Part shown: positions 1 through 10,197 of the stretch, one piece after another
Layout of the letters: every line of letters starts with the position of its first letter
Numbering within the stretch: position 1 is the stretch's first letter
Source of the DNA: Flavobacteriales bacterium UBA6772
Lineage (GTDB): Bacteria > Bacteroidota > Bacteroidia > Flavobacteriales > UBA7430
Reading direction: 5' to 3'
Assembly: GCA_905182215.1 (NCBI GenBank)
Contig: CAJJAI010000004.1
Coordinates: forward strand, 635-64,634
DNA length: 64,000 nucleotides
Notes under the pieces: model-generated
The model's database searches: none
What the model was told of the DNA's origin: nothing
What the model saw: only the letters and a program-made list of their open reading frames with translations
Translations under genes and position numbers: made by a program

Positions 1-2
1 TT

Positions 3-1004
3 GTGGTAGAAGACTACACCCATTTTGACTTATTAAAGGCATGGGCAAAAACCATCGAAGGAACAGGTGTACATTTATGGCCACAATTAAATCACCCCGG
101 AAGACAAGCCTTTGGATCAATCAATAGAGAAGTTGTTGCCCCATCTGCGGTACCGTTAAAAATGGGGGGAGCATCAAAAATGTTTAAACTCGCCACACCT
201 TTAACTGAAGAGGCGATTTTGGACATCATTAAACGCTTTGGTAATAGCGCGAGAATAATGAAGGAGGCTGGTTTTACAGGCTGTCAAATTCACGGGGCAC
301 ATGGCTATCTTGTTAGTCAGTTTTTATCGCCTATCAGTAATAAGCGAACAGATAAATGGGGTGGCCCGCTAAAAAATAGAGCTAGATTTGTGCTAGAAGT
401 GTATCGTGAAATTCGTAAGCAGGTAGGTTCAGGTTATCCTGTAGGAATTAAAATTAACTCTGCCGATTTTCAAAAGGGCGGTTTTACCGAATCAGAATCC
501 ATGGAGGTGGTGCAATTTTTATCCCGTGAAGGAATGGACTTGATCGAAATATCTGGAGGGACCTATGAAAAACCTGCCATGGTTAAAGGAAGTCGGAAAC
601 AAAGTACTGTTAAAAGAGAGGCTTATTTTTTAGACTACATTGAAAAAGCACGAAAAATAACGGATAAACCTTTATTGTTGACTGGTGGGTTTCGTTCTGT
701 TAAGGTAATGGAAGATGCCCTAGCGGGTGGAAAACTAGACGTGATTGGTTTAGGGCGTCCTTTTTGTCTGTACCCAAATTTAGCACAAGATATTTTTGAA
801 GGAAAAGAAACCCATTTTGACACGCCCGTTCCAACGATAGGGATAGAACTATTAGATAAAATGGGAGGAGTTGAGCTTCCTTGGTATGAATTGCAGATAC
901 AACGCTTAGGAAAAGGCAAAAAACCCAAACCTAATCTTGCCGGTATCTGGGCTTTTCTTTTTACCCTGAGAGAACTGTTTTTAAAATCGTTTTTAAAGAA
1001 TTAA
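3..1004 (+). CDS. Old Yellow Enzyme-family NADH:flavin oxidoreductase, 5'-truncated by window edge
   Basis: The ORF is open to the window start. The HGAHGYLVSQFLSP motif typical of OYE / 2,4-dienoyl-CoA-reductase-like FMN barrels lies only ~98 aa in, so the N-terminus is upstream of the window. Confidence 0.8.
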   Translation: MVEDYTHFDLLKAWAKTIEGTGVHLWPQLNHPGRQAFGSINREVVAPSAVPLKMGGASKMFKLATPLTEEAILDIIKRFGNSARIMKEAGFTGCQIHGAHGYLVSQFLSPISNKRTDKWGGPLKNRARFVLEVYREIRKQVGSGYPVGIKINSADFQKGGFTESESMEVVQFLSREGMDLIEISGGTYEKPAMVKGSRKQSTVKREAYFLDYIEKARKITDKPLLLTGGFRSVKVMEDALAGGKLDVIGLGRPFCLYPNLAQDIFEGKETHFDTPVPTIGIELLDKMGGVELPWYELQIQRLGKGKKPKPNLAGIWAFLFTLRELFLKSFLKN

Positions 1005-1141
1005 GCCCATTATTAAGTGCCTTTATATATATATTGTATCATATCAGAGTTCCCTTAGCTACTTTTATTCGTATTTCATTATAATCAACTGTTTGCAAGT
1101 TGGGTTTAAGAGTTCGCATTGAAAGGGGTTTAAAATGACAT

Positions 1142-1807
1142 TTATACTTTCAAAATCTCTTCCGCTAAAAGTAAATCTTTAGGTGTAGTGATTTTTATAT
1201 TGTCAGCCTCCCCTTCAAAGAGATGTACTTTTTCTCCTAAGAATTCTACCACAGAAGCATCGTCTGTAAATGTATTTTGTTCTTCTTGTTGATAGGCTCT
1301 ATGTAGTAATCCGGAAGTAAAACACTGTGGGGTTTGCACCGAATAATACATACTCCGGTCTAAAGCTTCGCTACAATCGCCCTTTACCTTACGAATAGAT
1401 TCTACAACCGGACGCACAGGAATAACTGCTTTTTTCGATTCAGCTTCCTTATAGATATTCAGAATAAAATCGGGTGTAATTAAAGGTCTAACGCCATCGT
1501 GCACAGCAATAATTGATTCTTCTTTACATAGCGCTAGCCCATTCTTTACAGATTGAAAACGACTTGTACCCCCTTCACAAACTTGATGAGAAATGGTAAA
1601 TTGATGCTTCAGGCAAAGTGTATTCCAAGTGCTCTGATGTGATTTCGGTAGAACGACAATTAGGTTAATAGACGATTTAGCGCAATAGAATTTCTCTAGC
1701 GTATGCATCAAGATAGGTTTCCCATTCAATTCGATGAATTGTTTTGGGATTGAACTCTTCATTCTTTGCCCTGAACCTCCCGCTACTATTATTGCGTAAT
1801 ATTTCAT
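1142..1807 (-). CDS. ispD: 2-C-methyl-D-erythritol 4-phosphate cytidylyltransferase
   Basis: 221 aa. N-terminal AIIVAGGSGQRM nucleotide-binding motif and IspD-like length and overall pattern. Confidence 0.85.
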   Translation of the reverse strand: MKYYAIIVAGGSGQRMKSSIPKQFIELNGKPILMHTLEKFYCAKSSINLIVVLPKSHQSTWNTLCLKHQFTISHQVCEGGTSRFQSVKNGLALCKEESIIAVHDGVRPLITPDFILNIYKEAESKKAVIPVRPVVESIRKVKGDCSEALDRSMYYSVQTPQCFTSGLLHRAYQQEEQNTFTDDASVVEFLGEKVHLFEGEADNIKITTPKDLLLAEEILKV

Positions 1808-1937
1808 ATTGAGTAAAAAGTAAAAGCTTGAAGGTACAAATATTCAGACTATTATGGCTCGTGTATAAATTGTCAAAAACAAAAAAAGCTAAAAGATGAA
1901 ACATCTCTTAGCTTTTAAAGTAAAATGTTGAAATGAA

Positions 1938-2999
1938 TTACAAAATCAACATCGCATCGCCATAAGTAAAGAAGTTATACTTCTCTTTAATAGCTTCAGC
2001 GTAGGCTTTATTTAATAAATCAAAACCACAGAATGCAGCAGTATGCATCATTAAAGTTGATTGAGGTGTATGAAGATTTGTAATCATACAGTTTGGAATT
2101 TTGAAATGGTATGGAGGGAAAATAAATTTATTTGTCCAACCATCAAACGGGTTTAAAGTATCGTGTGTAGAAACACAGCTTTCTACAGCTCTTAGTGTAG
2201 TTGTACCTACAGCACAAATACGTCTTTTTTCTTCAAGTGCATTATTTACAACATCACAAGCTTCTTGCTTAACAGTAATTTGCTCAGACTCCATTTTGTG
2301 CTTCGATAAATCCTCTACTTCTACAGGTCGGAAAGTACCTAAACCTACATGCAAAGTTACCTCAGCAAAGTGGATTCCTTTAATTTCCAAACGCTTAAGC
2401 AAGTGTTTACTAAAGTGCATTCCTGCAGTAGGAGCAGCTACAGCTCCTTGTTCTTTAGCGTATACAGTTTGATAACGTTCGTCGTCTTCCGCGTCTGGAT
2501 TGCGATCGATGTATTTAGGAAGTGGGGTTTCGCCCAATTCTTGTAATTTTTTTCTGAACTCCTCGTAAGGACCGTCGTATAAAAAACGTAGCGTTCTACC
2601 TCTAGAGGTCGTATTATCGATAACCTCAGCAACCAACGATTCGTCTTCTCCGAAGTATAATTTATTACCGATACGAATTTTTCTTGCAGGGTCTACCAAC
2701 ACATCCCAAAGGCGGTTTTCTTGGTTCAACTCACGCAATAAAAACACTTCTATTCTAGCGCCCGTTTTTTCTTTATTACCGTACATACGTGCAGGAAAAA
2801 CCTTGGTATTGTTCAAGATCATAACATCCTGATCGTCAAAGTAGTCGATAAGGTCTTTGAACATTTTATGTTCAATTTTACCCGTTTCGCGATGTACCAC
2901 CATCAATCTAGATTCATCGCGGTTTTGTGCTGGTCTTTTAGCCAACAACTCTTCCGGCAAAACATATTGGAAGTGTGAAAGTTTCATTTTGGTAATCAT
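1938..2999 (-). CDS. queA: S-adenosylmethionine:tRNA ribosyltransferase-isomerase
   Basis: 353 aa. N-terminus [31 protein letters not shown] is a typical QueA start. The start could instead be the second ATG at 2987. A TATATTTG box lies ~22 nt upstream. Confidence 0.9.
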   Translation of the reverse strand: MITKMKLSHFQYVLPEELLAKRPAQNRDESRLMVVHRETGKIEHKMFKDLIDYFDDQDVMILNNTKVFPARMYGNKEKTGARIEVFLLRELNQENRLWDVLVDPARKIRIGNKLYFGEDESLVAEVIDNTTSRGRTLRFLYDGPYEEFRKKLQELGETPLPKYIDRNPDAEDDERYQTVYAKEQGAVAAPTAGMHFSKHLLKRLEIKGIHFAEVTLHVGLGTFRPVEVEDLSKHKMESEQITVKQEACDVVNNALEEKRRICAVGTTTLRAVESCVSTHDTLNPFDGWTNKFIFPPYHFKIPNCMITNLHTPQSTLMMHTAAFCGFDLLNKAYAEAIKEKYNFFTYGDAMLIL

Positions 3000-3054
3000 A
3001 GAACGTCTATTTTTAGGCTTGCAAATATACTAAATAAAATAAAATTTTGAAGAA

Positions 3055-3750
3055 TTAAGATGAGATCATCATTTCTTCAAAATTTGTAATATCAATAGCA
3101 TTATCAATACTATATTCTCCAATTTTTGTTCGCTGTAATTTACAAAGCCAAGCACCGCTGTTAAGGGCTTTACCAATGTCGAATGCAAGAGAACGGATGT
3201 AGGTACCCTTACTGCAGGCTACCTTAAAAGTAATATAAGGCATATTAATAGAAAGAATTTCTAATTCTTTTATATGAATACTCCTCGGTTTTATCGCTAC
3301 TTCTTGCCCTTTTCGAGCGCTTTCGTACATTTTTTTACCGCCTACTTTTAAAGCTGAAAAAATGGGCGGCATCTGTTGTATCTCGCCATGAAAGATAAGC
3401 ATTGTTTTTTTAATGTCTTCCTCGGTAATATGTTGAGTTGCGAAGAAATAATTCTCGGCTGTTTCTCCATCGTAACTAGGCGTAGTAGCACCCAACTTTA
3501 GAGTTCCGATATATTCCTTTTCTGCCGCTTGATACTGATCAATTTCTTTGGTCTTTTTCCCTGTACACAAAATCATCAAGCCGGTAGCCAAAGGATCTAA
3601 AGTTCCAGCATGACCTACTTTAATTTTCTTAACCTGAAGTTGTCTTTTCACCAACCAACGCACCTTATTTACCAGCTGAAAACTCGTCCAATGTAGTGGC
3701 TTATTAAATAGTAAAACTTCACCTTCTTTAAATTCGTAGTCCTTTTTCAT
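3055..3750 (-). CDS. truB: tRNA pseudouridine(55) synthase
   Basis: 231 aa with the GHAGTLDPLATGLMILCTG catalytic-Asp motif. 4-nt overlap with the upstream GAF gene. Confidence 0.9.
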   Translation of the reverse strand: MKKDYEFKEGEVLLFNKPLHWTSFQLVNKVRWLVKRQLQVKKIKVGHAGTLDPLATGLMILCTGKKTKEIDQYQAAEKEYIGTLKLGATTPSYDGETAENYFFATQHITEEDIKKTMLIFHGEIQQMPPIFSALKVGGKKMYESARKGQEVAIKPRSIHIKELEILSINMPYITFKVACSKGTYIRSLAFDIGKALNSGAWLCKLQRTKIGEYSIDNAIDITNFEEMMISS

Positions 3751-4205
3751 ATGATGTAGGGAGCTAAAGCTTTACAAATGTTTTCTAATAATATTTGGTC
3801 TTCTTCCTTGAAAGCGGCTACCGTATTCGAATCTATATCAATCTGACCTACCACGATACCCTCTTTTATAATAAGAACAACAATTTCGGACTTCACAAAA
3901 ATATTACAAGAAATATAATTGCTTTCTGCACTTACATCGTCTACCAAAAACGTCTGCTCTGTTTCTGCCGCTTGTCCACAAATACCTTTTCCAAAAGGGA
4001 TGGTAGTATGATCGGTTGGCTCTCCCACATACGATCCTAAATGCAATAATCTGTTTTCTACATCAGCCAAATAAAAGCCAGTCCAGTTATAGTGACTAAG
4101 TTTTTCGTCTAATAAATCACACAAGAACTGCATCTTGTCTTGTGCTGACAAGTCGGAACAGATAATCTCGAGGCATCTTTTTTCTATTTCGACGTATTTA
4201 CTCAT
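3747..4205 (-). CDS. GAF-domain protein, free methionine-(R)-sulfoxide reductase-like
   Basis: 152 aa. Pattern [11 protein letters not shown]...[12 protein letters not shown]...[12 protein letters not shown]...GQIDIDS matches single-GAF YebR/fRMsr-type proteins. Overlapping stop/start codons with hemL and truB. Confidence 0.7.
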   Translation of the reverse strand: MSKYVEIEKRCLEIICSDLSAQDKMQFLCDLLDEKLSHYNWTGFYLADVENRLLHLGSYVGEPTDHTTIPFGKGICGQAAETEQTFLVDDVSAESNYISCNIFVKSEIVVLIIKEGIVVGQIDIDSNTVAAFKEEDQILLENICKALAPYII

Positions 4206-5488
4206 CCTTCAATTTCTTGGATAGATTCGTCTAATGCTTGGATTGTTTTGTCGAGCAATTCTTGTGTATGTGTACGTGCAATAAACAAGGTTTCGAATGC
4301 TGATGGGGCAAGGTAAATTCCTCTTTTTAGCATTCCGTGGAACACCTTTTTAAAGTAGTTGGCATCGGCATTACAGGCATCATCGAAATTAGAAACGGCA
4401 TCTATATTAAAATGAAAACTAATCATAGAACCCAAACGATTAATACACACTTTTAAATTGTATTTATCAAAAACGTTGCGCATCCCTTTTTCAAGATAAA
4501 TCGTCTTTTCTTCTAATTCGGTATAGATACTCGGATTGTCGCTTAGCTCTTTTAAAAGAGTATAACCACAAGACATAGCTAATGGATTTCCAGAAAGGGT
4601 TCCCGCTTGGTAAACAGGACCTAAAGGAGCTACCATATTCATGATATCTTCTTTACCGCCAAAAGCACCAACTGGCATTCCGCCACCAATAATTTTACCC
4701 ATACAAACCATATCTGGCTGTACATTAAAACGCTTATGAGCACCTCCTGCAGAAAGGCGGAAACCCGTCATAACCTCATCGAAAATAAGTACTGCTCCAT
4801 GAGCATCACAAAGTTTACGCAACCCCTCTAAGAAGCCTTTTTGAGGAGGGATACAGCCCATATTACCTCCAACAGGCTCTATTATAATGGCAGCTACCTC
4901 ACCTTTATTAGCGTTTAAAACTTCTTCTACTTGTGCTAAATCGTTAAAGCGAGCAAGAAGCGTGTCTTTAGCGGTTCCGGTAGTTACCCCAGGAGAGTTA
5001 GGCACTCCTAAAGTAATAGCGCCAGAACCTGCTTTAATTAAAAAGGCATCGGCGTGACCGTGGTAACAACCTTCAAATTTTATAAATTTCTCTCTGTTGG
5101 TATAAGCTCTAGCCACACGAATAGCGCTCATACAAGCTTCGGTACCCGAATTCACCATTCTCACCTTATCTACTGCAGGCATCATATTGCATATTAATTC
5201 TGCAATGTCAGTTTCCAAATCTGTTGGCGCACCAAAAGAAGTAGATTTATCTGCCGCATTTTTTAATGCTTCTAAAACAGGTGGGTGACAGTGTCCTAAA
5301 ATCATTGGTCCCCAAGAACCGATATAATCGATGTATTCTTTTCCTTCTACATCAACCATAATAGACCCCTTTGCTTCTCTAAAGAATACAGGAGTTCCTC
5401 CAACAGATGTGAATGCTCTAACAGGGGAGTTTACACCACCTGGAATATATAATTGGGCTCTTTCGAAAAGGTCTTTACTAGTCGTCAT
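4202..5488 (-). CDS. hemL: glutamate-1-semialdehyde 2,1-aminomutase
   Basis: 428 aa class-III aminotransferase. N-terminal [13 protein letters not shown] and the internal FDEVMTGFR motif are typical of HemL. Confidence 0.92.
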   Translation of the reverse strand: MTTSKDLFERAQLYIPGGVNSPVRAFTSVGGTPVFFREAKGSIMVDVEGKEYIDYIGSWGPMILGHCHPPVLEALKNAADKSTSFGAPTDLETDIAELICNMMPAVDKVRMVNSGTEACMSAIRVARAYTNREKFIKFEGCYHGHADAFLIKAGSGAITLGVPNSPGVTTGTAKDTLLARFNDLAQVEEVLNANKGEVAAIIIEPVGGNMGCIPPQKGFLEGLRKLCDAHGAVLIFDEVMTGFRLSAGGAHKRFNVQPDMVCMGKIIGGGMPVGAFGGKEDIMNMVAPLGPVYQAGTLSGNPLAMSCGYTLLKELSDNPSIYTELEEKTIYLEKGMRNVFDKYNLKVCINRLGSMISFHFNIDAVSNFDDACNADANYFKKVFHGMLKRGIYLAPSAFETLFIARTHTQELLDKTIQALDESIQEIEG

Positions 5489-5493
5489 TTGAC

Positions 5494-6477
5494 TTATTTT
5501 TTTAATACTTTGGCAATGTCTTTGGCAAAATAACTGGCTATTAAATTAGCTCCAGCACGTTTAAACCCTACAATAGATTCTAACATTGCTTCTTCTAAAT
5601 TTAACCAACCTTTTTCTGCAGCTGCATGCATCATAGAATATTCTCCAGATACTTGGTAGGCTGCAACAGGCACATCGAATTTATCTTTCACCAATCGCAC
5701 CATATCTAAATAAGGCATTCCTGGTTTCACCATAATAATATCGGCTCCTTCCTGAATGTCTAAAGCACATTCTCTTAATCCTTCCTCAGCATTTGCTGGA
5801 TCCATTTGATAGGTTTTTTTATCGCCAAACCCTGGAGCAGAATCTAAGGCATCACGGAAAGGTCCGTAGAAACAAGAAGCATATTTTACAGAATACGCCA
5901 TGATTCCTACATTAGGGAATTCATTTTCTTCAAGTATCTCTCGGATAAAACCTATTCTACCGTCCATCATGTCTGAAGGAGCTACCATATCGGCACCTGC
6001 TTGAGCATGAGAAAGTGCCATTTCACCAAGAATTTCTACACTTATATCATTCACAATTTCACCATCCTCTACAATACCATCGTGGCCATTAGAAGAGTAA
6101 GGATCCAATGCTACATCCGTCATCACATACATATCTGGATGGAATTTTTTAATCGCACGAATAGCTCTTTGCATTAAGCCGTCGGGATTTAAAGATTCTG
6201 TTCCTGTATTGTCTTTAAGTTCATCTGGAACTTTAGCAAACAACAAAACACTACGCAAACCTAATTCGTAACACTCTTTTACTTCTAGTAGTAAAAGGTC
6301 TAAGCTAAACCGAAAATATCCAGGCATAGAAGAAATCTCTTCCTTGCAATTTTCTCCTTCCATAAAAAATAAAGGAACGATAAAGTCGCTTGCTAGAATT
6401 TGATTTTCTTGCACTAAAGAACGAATAGCTGCAGATTTTCGCAGTCTTCGTGGACGAGTATATGGATGTACAATCAT
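5494..6477 (-). CDS. hemB: porphobilinogen synthase (delta-aminolevulinate dehydratase)
   Basis: 327 aa. N-terminal RPRRLR, then [10 protein letters not shown] and AYQVSGEY motifs. Adjacent to hemL. Confidence 0.92.
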   Translation of the reverse strand: MIVHPYTRPRRLRKSAAIRSLVQENQILASDFIVPLFFMEGENCKEEISSMPGYFRFSLDLLLLEVKECYELGLRSVLLFAKVPDELKDNTGTESLNPDGLMQRAIRAIKKFHPDMYVMTDVALDPYSSNGHDGIVEDGEIVNDISVEILGEMALSHAQAGADMVAPSDMMDGRIGFIREILEENEFPNVGIMAYSVKYASCFYGPFRDALDSAPGFGDKKTYQMDPANAEEGLRECALDIQEGADIIMVKPGMPYLDMVRLVKDKFDVPVAAYQVSGEYSMMHAAAEKGWLNLEEAMLESIVGFKRAGANLIASYFAKDIAKVLKK

Positions 6478-6540
6478 GAGAATGAATTTGCTTGCAAAAA
6501 TACGTTGAATTACTGAATGTGCTCGTTTTATGAGCCTGAT

Positions 6541-6996
6541 TTAACTTAGCGCCATCGCTTTTTGTTTGAGTTCCCCTTTTTCTAAAAGTTCAATGACCCT
6601 AGAACAAGCTTTGTGAAAATCACGCACAAGGTCTTCAACCAAAAACACACGCTTGCCATTAAGAAGGTCTAAATGAGTATTTGTACTCTCTTTTTGAGAG
6701 CTGAACATGATAAATGCACCAGTACTACACATATGACTAAGATTACAACGGAGCTGCTTATAAAGCCAGTCGTTCGTTGTTAAGTCTTGGTATTCCTGAG
6801 GGAATAGTTGGGCTATAGCCAAATGAAATCTTTTTTTAGACTGCGCTTTTACCGCGATTGGTTTTTTGTCCATAAAGGCGCCTAGAGTTTCTATTCCTTG
6901 ACTAACCAATAAAAAGGTAGGGAAAACAAAACCAGCCTCAAGGAGTTTTTCACTTTCGTTAAGGAGTCTATCTTGGATGAATTCTTCGTTTCTCAT
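6541..6996 (-). CDS. hypothetical protein (orphan, predicted helical)
   Basis: 151-aa ORF with no motif I can assign. It lies between hemB and the nifU-like gene, and its ATG is only ~6 nt downstream of the nifU terminator. Confidence 0.5.
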   Translation of the reverse strand: MRNEEFIQDRLLNESEKLLEAGFVFPTFLLVSQGIETLGAFMDKKPIAVKAQSKKRFHLAIAQLFPQEYQDLTTNDWLYKQLRCNLSHMCSTGAFIMFSSQKESTNTHLDLLNGKRVFLVEDLVRDFHKACSRVIELLEKGELKQKAMALS

Positions 6997-7001
6997 AGGA
7001 A

Positions 7002-7030
7002 TAAAAAAAGCCTGCTATAAAAACAGGCTC
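7002..7030 (-). terminator. intrinsic terminator downstream of the nifU-like gene
   Basis: Minus-strand stem AGCCTG / CAGGCT (7009-7014 / 7024-7029) followed by a T-run (A-run 7003-7009 on the plus strand). Confidence 0.6.
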
Positions 7031-7146
7031 TTGTGCTTAATAGATAAATTTTAATGGGGTAACATTAAAGAAAACCTACAATTGCTTATTGTTTTCTCAA
7101 ACAACAAGCATTAAAAGTAGAACTATTAAAGTTATAAACCTAATAA

Positions 7147-7767
7147 TTACCCATTTATAGCAACTACCTCAGTAACTAAAGTCGGCAACATTTTCTTTAA
7201 AATACTTTCAATTCCTTGCTTCAAGGTTACAGTTGAGGATGGGCATCCACTACAAGCTCCTTGAAGTAAAACCGATACTTTTCCTTCTTCGTAAGAGATA
7301 AATTTAATATTCCCACCATCAGATTCAACTGCTGGAGCAACATATTCTTCAAGTATATCAACTATACGAGTTTCAACCTCCCCTAGCTCTTCAGGCTTTA
7401 CTTCTTCAAGAACTGTTTTTTCTACTTCAGAAGATTCAGTTTTTGATGAATTTTCTTCAGCCTCGTTAACTACTACGCCTCCTGCAGCAAGATATTCGCG
7501 AATAAATTCACGTATTTCTATTACTACATCTTCCCATTCCATCATTTCGTATTTCGTAAGCGAAACGAAGTTTTTAGCAATAAATACTTCTTTTATGAAA
7601 GGGAAATGGAATAGTTTTATGGCTAAAGGAGAGCTCATAGCCTCGTCAATATTCATAAATTCTACGCTGTCGCCTTGTATTATAGCTCTATTAGCTACAA
7701 ATTTCATTACTTTTGGGTTGGGTGTAGATTCGGCATAAACCGTAGTTGCTACTTTATTCTCGCTCAT
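7147..7767 (-). CDS. NifU/Nfu-family Fe-S cluster assembly protein
   Basis: 206 aa. Nfu_N-like N-terminal half, acidic linker, and a C-terminal NifU domain with the CSGCPSS motif. Confidence 0.8.
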   Translation of the reverse strand: MSENKVATTVYAESTPNPKVMKFVANRAIIQGDSVEFMNIDEAMSSPLAIKLFHFPFIKEVFIAKNFVSLTKYEMMEWEDVVIEIREFIREYLAAGGVVVNEAEENSSKTESSEVEKTVLEEVKPEELGEVETRIVDILEEYVAPAVESDGGNIKFISYEEGKVSVLLQGACSGCPSSTVTLKQGIESILKKMLPTLVTEVVAING

Positions 7768-7806
7768 CTTCCTTAATTTTCCACAAAATTACAAATAAGA
7801 ACAGAT

Positions 7807-8322
7807 ATGGCATTAGTGAAATCGATAAAAGGTATAAGTCCGGTTTGGGGCGACAATTGTACGATTGTAGAAAACGCAACTATTATTGGCGACGTTATAA
7901 TGGGGAGCTACTGCTCTGTATGGTTTAACGCCGTAGTTAGAGGAGATGTACATTTTATTAAAATCGGGAATAAAGTAAATATTCAAGATGGGGCAATTAT
8001 ACATTGTACCTATAAAAAATACGGAACTACTATTGGAAATAACGTTTCAATAGGACATAATGCTATGGTTCACGGGTGTACTATTCACGATAATGTACTT
8101 ATTGGAATGGGGTCTATAGTAATGGACAACTGTGTAGTACACTCCAACAGTATAGTGGCAGCTGGTGCAGTAGTGTTAGAAAACACCGTTATAGAATCGG
8201 GCTGTATTTATGCAGGTGTACCGGCAAAAAAAGTAAAAGACCTAAATGAAGAACAAAGCGCTCGTTTAATTGAAGGTATTGCCAACAATTATGTGGAGTA
8301 TAAAAGTTGGTTGGAAGAGTAG
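7807..8322 (+). CDS. gamma-carbonic-anhydrase-family / left-handed beta-helix (hexapeptide repeat) protein
   Basis: 171 aa with repeated hexapeptide pattern (IGDVIMG, VRGDVHFIKIG, IGHNAMVHGCTI, IGMGSIVM), as in YrdA/PaaY-type proteins. Confidence 0.8.
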   Translation: MALVKSIKGISPVWGDNCTIVENATIIGDVIMGSYCSVWFNAVVRGDVHFIKIGNKVNIQDGAIIHCTYKKYGTTIGNNVSIGHNAMVHGCTIHDNVLIGMGSIVMDNCVVHSNSIVAAGAVVLENTVIESGCIYAGVPAKKVKDLNEEQSARLIEGIANNYVEYKSWLEE

Positions 8323-8387
8323 GGTGGTTAGCCAAAAAACAAAAGAGGGACTTGATTCTAAAAAGGAGTTTCAAGATTAACTTAGAC

Positions 8388-8810
8388 TCTGTCGCATTAA
8401 TATACCAAATATCGGTTATTTAGAGTTGATTTTAAATTATCTTCCCTATTCAATAACCACAGATGACCGAAATTAATAATTCTTCAAGCCGTTTAGTTTA
8501 AGCATCGATTTACACTCTCATATTGAGACATTGAAGAGCTAATGAAGATTAGAGCTGTTAAGGTTGCTCATTCTACTAATCAAAGATGGGTGTTTAAACA
8601 TACACCTATGATTGAAGCAACTATGCATAAAAGAAAAAATAGAATATTAATCCGCCCAAAGGACAAGGCGGGAATTGAAGTGGTCAATATTATTAGAAAA
8701 AATCAAATAGTTGATTCTAAGAAATCCAATTTCAAAACATTCCTTTCATTAGTCGCATAATCACCAATTCAAATAGAATTTTTAGATGGTGGTCAAATTA
8801 ATGCGACAGA
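8388..8810. repeat. 423-bp segment bounded by a perfect 14-bp inverted repeat
   Basis: TCTGTCGCATTAAT at 8388-8401 and its exact reverse complement ATTAATGCGACAGA at 8797-8810. It encloses a basic 72-aa ORF (8542-8760) of unknown status, in a 567-bp convergent intergenic region. Confidence 0.4.
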
Positions 8811-8889
8811 ACCCAGAACGACAGGCAAACAAGGCAAATTTTCATCCTGAAGCAACTCGAAGAAGGGAATTGCCAATTGAAAACATTTT

Positions 8890-9402
8890 CTAAAGCGGAA
8901 ATTCCTTTTTAATTTGTACTACCCAAGTAGCCACTCTTTCGTCAGTTTGATCAAACTGATTGTCTTCGTCGATGGCTAAACCTAAAAAGGTACCTTCTTC
9001 TAATTCTGCTTTCGATTCGGTGTGCTCATAACCTTCGGTAGACCATTTACCTACAATAGTGCCTCCATTAGCTAAAACAACTTCGCCAATAATTCCAACA
9101 CCATCAATAAAATAATCGCAGTATACGTACTGATCGCCCAAGCCAAAAAGAGCAACTTTTTTACCGGTAAAATCTACCTCTTTAAATTCCTCAAAAAAGG
9201 TATCCCAGTCGCTTTGAAGCTGACCGTCGTGCCAAGTGGAAAGCCCTAAGATAATTTTATCGTATTTTGAAAATTCTTCTATGGTAGCGTCGTACATATC
9301 AATAACATATACATTTTCCTTACTTATTTTCTCACGTATTTTAAGGGCTATATTTTCAGTATTCCCAGTGTCTGAACCGTAAAAGAGACCTATTTTTTCC
9401 AT
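8890..9402 (-). CDS. fldA: long-chain flavodoxin
   Basis: Start moved to the ATG at 9402 (MEKIGLFYGSDTGNTE, the canonical flavodoxin FMN-phosphate loop). ~170 aa. Confidence 0.88.
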   Translation of the reverse strand: MEKIGLFYGSDTGNTENIALKIREKISKENVYVIDMYDATIEEFSKYDKIILGLSTWHDGQLQSDWDTFFEEFKEVDFTGKKVALFGLGDQYVYCDYFIDGVGIIGEVVLANGGTIVGKWSTEGYEHTESKAELEEGTFLGLAIDEDNQFDQTDERVATWVVQIKKEFPL

Positions 9403-9518
9403 CTTTAGTTTTCTTAGCTGCAAAAGTACATATTGAATTTGACAAATCCTTAAATTCTATTAGAATAGCGAGAGATAAAATACATGTTTATTTTAGCGTC
9501 TATCCTATAGTAGTTTCG

Positions 9519-9526
9519 TAATTTTG
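9519..9526 (+). promoter_or_regulatory. candidate Bacteroidota -7 box (TAATTTTG)
   Basis: Matches the TAnnTTTG consensus, 33 nt upstream of the bacilliredoxin ATG. The motif is frequent in AT-rich DNA, so position is the main support. Confidence 0.4.
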
Positions 9527-9558
9527 CAGTATCATAAAGAACACATAAACAAAGAAAT

Positions 9559-9972
9559 ATGTATCCAGAACACATGGTGGCGCCAATGCGTCAGGATTTA
9601 TCACAAGAAGGCTTTACTGAATTACGTACAGCAGAAGAGGTTCAGAACTTATTAGGAACTGAAAAAGGAACTGTATTAGTTGTAGTAAACTCTGTATGTG
9701 GTTGTGCAGCAGGAAATGCAAGACCAGGAGCAAAGGCTGCTGTGAAAAATGCAAAGAAACCAGATCATATCACCACAGTTTTTGCTGGGGTAGATAAAGA
9801 AGCGGTTGCGACGGCAAGAGAATTTATGATTCCTTTTCCTCCATCTTCTCCTTGTATCGCCTTATTTAAAGACGGTGAAGTAGTGCACATGTTAGAGAGG
9901 CACCATATTGAAGGTAGGGCTGCAGGTGCGATTGCTGAAAACTTAATGGCTGCTTTTGACGAGTTTTGTTAG
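9559..9972 (+). CDS. BrxA/BrxB-family bacilliredoxin (YphP/YqiW, DUF1094)
   Basis: 137 aa with VNSVCGCAAGNARP carrying the family's CGC redox motif. Confidence 0.8.
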   Translation: MYPEHMVAPMRQDLSQEGFTELRTAEEVQNLLGTEKGTVLVVVNSVCGCAAGNARPGAKAAVKNAKKPDHITTVFAGVDKEAVATAREFMIPFPPSSPCIALFKDGEVVHMLERHHIEGRAAGAIAENLMAAFDEFC

Positions 9973-10030
9973 ATAACGTGAAGCGAGAGACGGAAGTTGG
10001 AAAACGTTGATCGAACGATAAAATATTTTG

Positions 10031-10065
10031 AAGCCCCGTCCTTTTGGATGGGGCTTTTTATTTTT
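10031..10065 (+). terminator. intrinsic terminator after the bacilliredoxin gene
   Basis: Stem AAGCCCCGTCC / GGATGGGGCTT (one G-T pair), loop TTTT, followed by TTTTTATTTTT. Confidence 0.75.
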
Positions 10066-10132
10066 GGTAAATGGGGAGTGATTGCGTAGCACCATTTACT
10101 ATTTACCACGCACCATTTACCATAAAAAAACC

Positions 10133-10140
10133 TATCTTTG
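10133..10140 (+). promoter_or_regulatory. candidate -7 box (TATCTTTG) for leuS
   Basis: TAnnTTTG match 58 nt upstream of the leuS ATG. Confidence 0.35.
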
Positions 10141-10197
10141 CTGCTCTCAAAAAAAGCCCCTTTAAGGTCTTGTAAATCTGTAGATTAGCAATTAGCG

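Noticed and set aside
6541-6996. Possible minimal HEPN-type RNase: R-x4-H motif (LRCNLSHM) in the helical 151-aa orphan protein
   Set aside because: An Rx4-6H match is expected by chance roughly once in every three proteins of this size (hand estimate from typical R and H frequencies). There is no adjacent MNT/antitoxin or other defence gene, so I keep it as a hypothetical protein. HHpred could revisit this.
8542-8760. 72-aa basic ORF as a real gene
   Set aside because: It has no motif and no obvious promoter box, and it sits in a convergent intergenic region. I report it only as content of the inverted-repeat-bounded segment, not as a CDS.
10066-10197. T-box or attenuator leader for leuS formed by the alternative GGTAAATGG / CCATTTAC pairings
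   Set aside because: The pairings lie upstream of the best -7 box (10133-10140), so they are probably not in the leuS mRNA. There is no specifier/T-box sequence or terminator-antiterminator pair. I keep them only as part of the GTAAA-cluster observation.
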